NCBI GenBank assembly: GCA_049472335.1
Contig: JBLIRO010000086.1
Coordinates: 1 to 19,163, forward strand
Reading direction: 5' to 3'
Length of the DNA: 19,163 nucleotides
DNA from: a bacterium
Lineage (GTDB): Bacteria; SZUA-182; DTGQ01; JAFGSM01
Below, one piece after another: positions 1-7,031 of the stretch. The position numbers were made by a program, and so were the translations under genes. Each line of letters opens with the position of its first letter. Position 1 is the first letter of the stretch. The notes under the pieces were generated by a model. The model was not told the origin of the DNA, did no database searches, and saw nothing but the letters and a program-made list of their open reading frames with translations.

Positions 1-496
1 TCGTGCAGCTTATCTTTCCCATAGGAAGAAAAAATCATTGTTGGGATGCTTTCTGAACAATATAACGTTGTAGGGTTTCTATTAAATAAAGATAAAGATT
101 ATTCAATCGGTGTGTTAAGATCTTAGTTGAAGCCCAATTAATTTCTTTTAAACAACAAAAATATTACGATAAATTTAGTTTTCTTCTAGATAACAGGATT
201 CCTATAGTTATAAAATATAAACTGAGTATAATTATGCCATAATGCTGGCATAAAAACCGTACGGAAATTTGGGGGGGAGTCAGCTTGATCAGAATTCCTA
301 AATCGATCCTTATCATAATAAAATAGATGAATTCTCGTAACCAAAGCAGAAATAATATCGTCTAATTAAATTTAGATAATAAAATATGTTATATAAAATA
401 TGTTAGAATATTAGAAAAAAAGGAGGTGTTTATTATATGGATTAAAGGACTTTGACATTCTTTTTTACTTCGTACTTTTACCGGAGGAAAGAAAGT

Positions 497-1372
497 ATGA
501 GAAAGTTAGTAATTATTGCAATGATAAGTGTTTTTTTAACGTTTAGCAATTCAATAATTCATGCCCAGGGATTCCCCTCGCCCCGGCAGTTCCCAAATTT
601 TTCTTATCAATATGGTCAACCATGGGGATTTCAACCCTATGCGCCTGGATATTTTTCATCTATCAATTCAATTGGTCAATATGGACAGCCATGGGGATTT
701 CAACCTTATATCCCTGGAAATTTTGGGTCATTTAATTCCATTCCTCAGCCCTGGTCCTCTCAAGTGCGTTTATCATCTCAATCACAACCCAATTTTATGT
801 TTAACTCAGCACCTGTCATTCCTTACTTTGGCGGTGCACCTAATAACTTCTATGCACCACCAATTAACAATAATGGATGGTACGCTCCTCCAAATAATGG
901 GTATTCCCCATTCTATGCACCTCCAATTACTAATAATGGATGGAACACTTATTTTACTAGTATAGTTGCAGCAGGCAGGGTCGGCCTGATAACTATCACT
1001 GAAGAAGATAATGGAGAAACTATTACTCTTGAAGAGGGAGACAGAATAGAAATTGTTCTGCCAGTCTTATATGATGGCGAATGGGATGAAAAAGGGAGAA
1101 GAGGGGATGAAACACCTCCTTCGTGGGAGTCAGGTGTGATTAAAGAAAATTATACACCTGTTGATATGAACGCGGACGAAACGAAAACTATAAGAACCGG
1201 GCAGAATTCTTTCGTTGAGATAAATATATACTGGAAACTAACGGAAATTGCAGTAAGGACCTATGAAGCTGTAGGAGAAGGGGAATTCGAGTTAGTTCTT
1301 GAGTATTTTAGCTGGAGCAACCCTGATGAGATCCTGGACACTTTCAGCATACTCATAAAGGTTGAGGATTAA
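497..1372 (+). CDS. Secreted protein with N-terminal Tyr/Pro/Asn/Gln-rich LC region and C-terminal chagasin/I42-like Ig-fold domain
   Basis: Start moved from TTG 452 to ATG 497 (GGAGG at 483-487; MRKLVIIAMISVFLTFSNSIIHA looks like a signal peptide). The C-terminal ITITEEDNGETITLEEGDRIEIVLP...YEAVGEGEFELVLEY...TFSILIKV follows the I42 strand pattern, but the NPTTGY, GxGG and RPW loops are absent. Confidence 0.75.
   Translation: MRKLVIIAMISVFLTFSNSIIHAQGFPSPRQFPNFSYQYGQPWGFQPYAPGYFSSINSIGQYGQPWGFQPYIPGNFGSFNSIPQPWSSQVRLSSQSQPNFMFNSAPVIPYFGGAPNNFYAPPINNNGWYAPPNNGYSPFYAPPITNNGWNTYFTSIVAAGRVGLITITEEDNGETITLEEGDRIEIVLPVLYDGEWDEKGRRGDETPPSWESGVIKENYTPVDMNADETKTIRTGQNSFVEINIYWKLTEIAVRTYEAVGEGEFELVLEYFSWSNPDEILDTFSILIKVED
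608..743 (+). repeat. Intragenic tandem duplication, 69-nt period (QYGQPWGFQPY.PG.F.S.NSI x2)
   Basis: caatatggtcaaccatggggatttcaaccctat at 608 and caatatggacagccatggggatttcaaccttat at 677. Confidence 0.9.
848..943 (+). repeat. Intragenic duplication, 63-nt period (FYAPPI.NNGW x2)
   Basis: ttctatgcaccaccaattaacaataatggatgg at 848 and ttctatgcacctccaattactaataatggatgg at 911. Confidence 0.9.
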
Positions 1373-1399
1373 AAACAGATAAAGTGGGAGACTAAGAAG

Positions 1400-1984
1400 A
1401 TGAAAAGGAATGTAAGATACATATTATTCATTTTTGTACTGGCTATAGCATTATGCTTCAGTTATATTGGTCAAACAAGCGCTTATTATGGATTATACGG
1501 TATGGGCCTATATGGACTCTACGGAGGTCTCTATGGTTTTAGCCCCTTTTCCAGTTATGGCGGCTTAATCACTGCTCCCGGCATGTTTACAAACATCGGA
1601 TTTAGTAATCTTTTAATGCCTTATGGATCCGTAACAACCAGTGCTACTGGAATGTTTCCCCACTTATCAGCCATGGATTTGAATTTTCTCAATATGATGG
1701 ACTTAAGTTTTGGCGGACCCGGATTAGCTCTTGGCAGACTCATCGGTGAGCTATATGGTATAGACCTTGGGTATGAGACCCTTACCTATGGTGGTTCCGG
1801 ATACGGCGCCCTTGGTTTGATGCAACCCCTTTGGGGGAGTCTTGGACTTTTAGGCGGTCTTTATGGAAGAGTTTATGGGCTTTATGGCGGAGGTCTTGGA
1901 CTTTATGGCGGCCTTTATGGAGCCGGACTTGGACTCATGGGCGGGCTCTATGGAGGTAGCCTTGGCCTTTTGAGCAGTCTCTAA
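1400..1984 (+). CDS. Secreted Gly/Leu/Tyr-rich LC protein (GLYG/GLYGG repeats)
   Basis: Signal-peptide-like MKRNVRYILFIFVLAIALCFSYIGQTSA; GGGAG upstream; mature part dominated by GLYG(G)/GLGL repeats with no globular domain; starts 27 nt after the previous stop. Confidence 0.85.
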   Translation: MKRNVRYILFIFVLAIALCFSYIGQTSAYYGLYGMGLYGLYGGLYGFSPFSSYGGLITAPGMFTNIGFSNLLMPYGSVTTSATGMFPHLSAMDLNFLNMMDLSFGGPGLALGRLIGELYGIDLGYETLTYGGSGYGALGLMQPLWGSLGLLGGLYGRVYGLYGGGLGLYGGLYGAGLGLMGGLYGGSLGLLSSL

Positions 1985-2244
1985 GGGATAAATTTGGGAG
2001 TGACACAAACAACTGAATAACTGAGAAATGGGTCAAAATTCCCCAGGAAATCTTTTAATCGAACGGAAAAAGTAAAAAACATTATAAAAAGCATCGTAGT
2101 TTTTACTGCTGACAAATATAGTTTTTAGAAGTAACATTATAGTATAGGATAAGTTTAGAGTGGGGATCAAAACGATCTCACTTTATCTTTTTATCTTCAA
2201 AATCTTTTTTGTCTTCAAAAAAAGAAGGTAGAAAGGGAAGAAAG

Positions 2245-2860
2245 ATGGATAAGGGGAAGAATAATAATAAATGGTTACTGAAGTTCTTAATGATCGGGAT
2301 GGTCATTATAAGCTTTATATGTTTAAGTGTTCTAACTTGGAAGACTCGAGGTCTGGCAGACATCACTCTCAATCCTTATTGTACCGGTGATACCGGTAGG
2401 ATTGAGGAATTGACTGAAAACTTTATCGTAGAATACGGTGAAGAAAATCTAAGAATCGATTGGAGTGAGAGCACGGGCATTCCAGAGCGTATTCATATTT
2501 ATAGCACGGAATCTTTTGTACTCAGATACCCTGAAATACCCTATTCTTGGGAAATGAGCCCAACCATGGTTGAAATCTGGGCTGGTACATATAGGAGTAA
2601 ATATATAGAAGAAGCCAAAGAATTCGCTTTATCTTTTTTATTGGAAAATTCAGTATTCCTTGGTATTAATGTAAATGAGCTTGAGTTTTCTAAAACCGAC
2701 GTGGGAAGTAAAAATACGTATGCCAAGGTCATTTACAACCAGGTTTATATATGACAATATTATTCCTTATGACGGACCCTTCACATACTTTCACCTCCTT
2801 CCTCCTGATTCCATTCTCTGGAGCGACCCTTACACATTAGCGATCATGGCAAGCCAATAA
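2245..2860 (+). pseudogene. Truncated/frameshifted paralog of 2988-4331 (intact frame 2245-2754; possible tail in the +1 frame to 2860)
   Basis: NPYCTGDTGRIEELTENFIVEYGE vs NPYCSGDTDKIQELTDEFIQKYGE and FALSFLLENSVFLGINVNELE vs RAFSFLSENSLFLGIDLNDLE. It stops at NQVYI*, where the paralog continues IQLYKGIPV. Confidence 0.65.
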
Positions 2861-2987
2861 GGTTATAACTGATAAAAGGAAGTAGAAAAGCCGTGCGGTA
2901 ATTACATAATTATATATTTATAGCAATCTTCAACAGGAGTAAAAAACAGATCCTGAGCATCCCTTTTTAAGGGAAAGGAGCAACGTC

Positions 2988-4331
2988 ATGGATCAGAATG
3001 AAAATAACAAAAATATTTTGAAATACTTTTTTACTTGTTTAATTGTTGTGACCTTTATTGGTTTAAGTATTTCTGCTTTTAATACAATTTGTACGGCAGA
3101 TAACGATTCCAATCCTTATTGTTCAGGAGACACGGATAAGATACAAGAATTAACCGATGAGTTTATTCAAAAATACGGCGAAGATGTTGAAATCCGGTGG
3201 GATGAGGATACCGGTTTTTTAGAAAAGATTCTTTATCTTAATCTATCAGGACCTGGGAATGCTAAAGATAGAGCATTTTCCTTCTTATCTGAAAATTCAT
3301 TATTCTTAGGCATTGATTTAAATGACCTTGAACTTCTTTCTAGCGGCAGTCTTGAGAAAGTAAAATACATACAGCTTTATAAAGGCATTCCTGTGCATAA
3401 AGGGGAGATGTGGGTTACTGTGTCAAAAGAAGGCGGAGCAAAAAGTTCTGTAACCCTTAAAGATTATTATTTTTGCCTTGATGTCGATATTGTTCCAACT
3501 ATTACAAAAGAAGAGGCAGCAGCGGTTGTTATGGAGAACCTGGGTGTTACAGAACTATTTAATACGGAAGAAAAGTTTGTAAGCGATTGGGGCGATTCAT
3601 CCTATATTCCCTATGGCGCTGTTATATATGGTACATCACCAGGAGTCTATCCCGGAATTGCTCCTCCCCCCACCTTGTTTTCTCCACCCCCGATGATCTT
3701 TCCCCAGTCACGAAAAATTAGCCAAAAAACCCCGGCTTCGACTCAGTTGCTTATCTATCCAAAAGGGGGCGATGCATATCTTTGCTGGGAATTTAAATTC
3801 AATCAGGGAGAGCAGGCATATACATGGCATTACTATATAGACGCCCATACAGGAGAAATAGTATATAATTATAAGGGAGCAAATTATGTCAGCTCTTCAA
3901 GCGGAACAACAAGCAGTAGCCCTTCACAGACTATTAGTACAAACCCCTATATTTATTCATCCCCGATGAATACAAATAGCGGTAACCTCTTTCCTGCATC
4001 TTACATTAATCCTGTTTTTTCTTCCTTTAATTCAATATTGGATAATGCAAGATACGGCAATATTGTATCTTTTTACTCTGCCAGTTTTCCTTATAGTAAT
4101 TATAATACCCCGCTTTATTATCCGGGAAGATATGCCTTTCCGGTTAACTCTCAGGTACTTTATGGTAATTATAATTTCCCTTACAGCTATAATTACTCCC
4201 GCTTTGGTGCAGCATCTTCCAGCCCATATCCGCTTTTACCCTCAGGGATTTTTAATTTGTTGGCCAGTTCTAATCTGAACACCGTCCAAAAAGGAATTGA
4301 ACTGATGCATAATTATTGGCCTCCATTTTAA
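2988..4331 (+). CDS. Secreted FTP + PepSY (M4/M36 propeptide-like) protein without a catalytic domain; Tyr/Ser/Pro/Asn-rich C-terminal tail
   Basis: AAGGAG RBS; signal peptide; FTP motif VKYIQLYKGIPVHKGEMWV; PepSY motifs PTITKEEAAAVV and LLIYP...YLCWEF...YYIDAHTGEIV; no HExxH; LC tail from about aa 301. Confidence 0.8.
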   Translation: MDQNENNKNILKYFFTCLIVVTFIGLSISAFNTICTADNDSNPYCSGDTDKIQELTDEFIQKYGEDVEIRWDEDTGFLEKILYLNLSGPGNAKDRAFSFLSENSLFLGIDLNDLELLSSGSLEKVKYIQLYKGIPVHKGEMWVTVSKEGGAKSSVTLKDYYFCLDVDIVPTITKEEAAAVVMENLGVTELFNTEEKFVSDWGDSSYIPYGAVIYGTSPGVYPGIAPPPTLFSPPPMIFPQSRKISQKTPASTQLLIYPKGGDAYLCWEFKFNQGEQAYTWHYYIDAHTGEIVYNYKGANYVSSSSGTTSSSPSQTISTNPYIYSSPMNTNSGNLFPASYINPVFSSFNSILDNARYGNIVSFYSASFPYSNYNTPLYYPGRYAFPVNSQVLYGNYNFPYSYNYSRFGAASSSPYPLLPSGIFNLLASSNLNTVQKGIELMHNYWPPF

Positions 4332-4601
4332 TCTTGGTAAACTGTACGTAATATTTTGTAAACAAAACAAAGGGGAAATTCAGGACTTTTTGCATTTATT
4401 ATATATAAGAATATGTAAAGCTGGTATAAAAATTTGAAAGAGGAATGGGAACGAGTTTTATAAAAGGAAAATATTGAAATATGCAATTTATTTTTCTCAT
4501 AAAAGAAGACGAGGTATGGAAAGCTATACATACTCATATAACTGCATATGAGATGTAGCATCAATTCTCATAATTATAAATAGTAAAGGGGGGAAAGGTA
4601 G

Positions 4602-5702
4602 ATGTTCAGGAAAGAGTATTTAAAAACCGTATCATATGTATTATTAATTTCAACTTTTTTGTTTTTGCCACATGGAGTAAGCCTTACTCATGCAGATGTA
4701 AACGGTTATGGAACCGGTTTAAAGAAGGTGTTGAATGAGAATTATGATCAAGCTTATAGCCTGTTTTTTGAAGTCTGCATAGAAGAAAAATTCGAAATAA
4801 AAGTCATCCTTAAAGATGATGATGGAGAAGAGCTTACCATCCGTTTTATCACGGGTGATAAAAGTAATTCCTATAGTGCCTCCGATGATCTAATCAAATA
4901 TTACATTGATTTAAAAATAGATGATCCGGAAACCGGTTATTATAACGATTATACAATTAATTCAACGAATGCCCTGGATTCCCTTGAAGAGATTGTAAGA
5001 CAAGAAACTCTGGATAGGACTTTCAGTCCGGGTGATCCGGATGCAAAAATCAAGTCCCTTACCCTCCTTGGAGATCTCTATTTTCTTCGTGTGGTAGGAT
5101 TCGGGAACACCGGTAACAATGATATTCTTTGGAAAGATGATTTTAGTGAATATGATAATAGCGGATATAATGTAGGATATCTGGACTTAATTGAAAAGTG
5201 GGAGAATTTAACTTACCCGGTTTCCGGTTTCTCAATAGGTGATGACGATGGAGAGCCCATCTTGGTTGCCGTAGCTCCACCATCAACCAGATCATCATAT
5301 GGATATTATTCTGGTGTGTATGGTTATCCATTCATGGGTTATGGCTATCCCCCCGGTTATTCCAGTCCTTATAACGGTTTTGGCTATGGATATCCCTTAG
5401 GTGGAGTTGGTGACTATTGGCAACCACAATATACTCAACCTCCGAATTTTTCAAACTGGATCTGGACAAGTCCGACAACAGCTTACAATCCATATACACC
5501 GCCTGGACAAACTCAGATGGTTTTTGTGAATCCTGTACAAGGATGGCAATCGCCATATTTTCAGCAAACTGGTTATAATCCTTATATTTTCAATCAACCA
5601 TATAATTATGGATTCGGGTCCGGTATCGGACTTGGATATCCGGTTTATGGATTCGTTCCCTATCCTTATGGTTATGGAAGTGCTCCTTATCCTTATTATT
5701 AA
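4602..5702 (+). CDS. Secreted protein with acidic beta-sandwich (CBM-like) domain and about 135-aa Tyr/Gly/Pro-rich C-terminal tail
   Basis: Purine-rich RBS; signal peptide ending LTHA; aa 32-228 resemble the N-terminal domain of 7032-10199 in permuted order; aa 231-366 contain a single charged residue. Confidence 0.8.
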   Translation: MFRKEYLKTVSYVLLISTFLFLPHGVSLTHADVNGYGTGLKKVLNENYDQAYSLFFEVCIEEKFEIKVILKDDDGEELTIRFITGDKSNSYSASDDLIKYYIDLKIDDPETGYYNDYTINSTNALDSLEEIVRQETLDRTFSPGDPDAKIKSLTLLGDLYFLRVVGFGNTGNNDILWKDDFSEYDNSGYNVGYLDLIEKWENLTYPVSGFSIGDDDGEPILVAVAPPSTRSSYGYYSGVYGYPFMGYGYPPGYSSPYNGFGYGYPLGGVGDYWQPQYTQPPNFSNWIWTSPTTAYNPYTPPGQTQMVFVNPVQGWQSPYFQQTGYNPYIFNQPYNYGFGSGIGLGYPVYGFVPYPYGYGSAPYPYY

Positions 5703-5775
5703 ATCAATGGGTTTTATAAAAATCCAGGGATTAAGAGATATTGTAGGTATTAAAGAAAGAGAAGGAGATAAAGAA

Positions 5776-6744
5776 ATGATAGATAAAGATAGGGTGAGAG
5801 GATTAAAGTATTTAATAATGGCTGGTGCTATAGTAGCCTTTATGGGTTTAGTGTCCTCTTCAAAAACATTTGCCCAATTTTCAACTTTTAGTGGCAGTGG
5901 CGGATACGGTTATCCCGGAAGCTTTTACGGAGGATATCCAGGATACGGCTATCCAGAAAGCATTTATGGAGGATATTCAGGATACAGTTATCCCGGTAAC
6001 TTTTATGACCCTGGTTATAAGCCATCATATTATGGTACATATCCATCTTATAGTACATATCCATCCATTCCATCAGAATTAATGGATATATTGTTAATTT
6101 CTTCTTATGATGCCTCTGATTCACGAATACGCGCAATAGTGCGTGACTTTGTTACTAATACATATATTCAACCGGCGATAATGAGCGGGTGGACTCCCTG
6201 GAGATCCTCCTCTTATTATCCCGGGTATATGGCTCCGGGGGGATACACTCCCTTTTCATCAATGCCATATTACTCATCACTGATTGGCCCTTTTTCTCCC
6301 TATTATCCTAAATTCATTCCAAATTTATCTTGGTCGTCTGGTTCGGCACCCTATCCAATTACTTATTATTCAAGTTCAAATACAGACATCATTGCTAAGA
6401 GTTTTATTTTAACAAGAGCAAACTTCATCATCATAAGAGATTTCATTCTGAATAATGGCACAAGAAAAACATATTCCAATATGTATAACAATAATCCATA
6501 CTATCAATTCTCAGATGAGCTTGAAGCCTTCCTTAATCCAAGCAGCCAAAAGTATATCGATTGTGATGCCCCTGCCTGGGAGTTTATGGAACTGGTCTTT
6601 AGAACGTCCACTGATGGTCCTTTCAAATACTACCATATCCGCTTAGGATCGAGCAGTCTTATAATCAGGGATGGGAAGGAAAGTGAATCTGATCTCGAAT
6701 ATTGCTTTTCTGAAGCATTGCAGCATATCCGCAGCTTAAATTAG
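5776..6744 (+). CDS. Secreted protein with N-terminal Tyr/Gly/Pro/Ser-rich regions and an unassigned C-terminal domain
   Basis: Start moved to ATG 5776 (GAAGGAG at 5761; removes overlap with the previous gene); signal peptide ending KTFA|Q. Confidence 0.8.
   Translation: MIDKDRVRGLKYLIMAGAIVAFMGLVSSSKTFAQFSTFSGSGGYGYPGSFYGGYPGYGYPESIYGGYSGYSYPGNFYDPGYKPSYYGTYPSYSTYPSIPSELMDILLISSYDASDSRIRAIVRDFVTNTYIQPAIMSGWTPWRSSSYYPGYMAPGGYTPFSSMPYYSSLIGPFSPYYPKFIPNLSWSSGSAPYPITYYSSSNTDIIAKSFILTRANFIIIRDFILNNGTRKTYSNMYNNNPYYQFSDELEAFLNPSSQKYIDCDAPAWEFMELVFRTSTDGPFKYYHIRLGSSSLIIRDGKESESDLEYCFSEALQHIRSLN
5902..6007 (+). repeat. Intragenic 39-nt tandem repeat, about 2.7 copies (GYGYPGSFYGGYP type)
   Basis: ggatacggttatccc at 5902, ggatacggctatcca at 5941, ggatacagttatccc at 5980. 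Confidence 0.85.
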
Positions 6745-7031
6745 AAAACTTTACAAACAATCCGGATAAAGGATCCGGAACATATTTCTTATCATAGTGT
6801 AATTTGATATTTCCATTCAAAATCAATAAAAATAAAGTACGTAACAAGATTATTTATTAAGCGTCTAATTTATTTATAGAACCTTTAATTCTCTTTACAA
6901 TCACACTAAAAATTCAATTCGACTTATTATAAAAAGATTCAATTTGATTGAATTATTTAAGATTTTATGTTAATTTTAATATATAGAATGGTCTTAATAT
7001 TTAAATATACTTAAATAGAGGGTTCATAATC

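Noticed and set aside
4422..4437. Sigma54-like TGGTATAAAAATTTGA upstream of gene 4602 (also TGGCATAAAAACCGT at 246)
   Set aside because: The -12 GC is missing or mis-spaced.
497..6744. RiPP precursor or DGR target interpretation of the aromatic repeats
   Set aside because: No modifying enzymes, reverse transcriptase or adenine-specific TR/VR pair are visible, and repeat differences are not confined to adenines.
6761..6779. TCCGGAT/ATCCGGA hairpin after gene 5776 (and TGTCCAC/GTGGACA at 12167-12190)
   Set aside because: No adjacent U-tract on the relevant strand, so neither is called a terminator.
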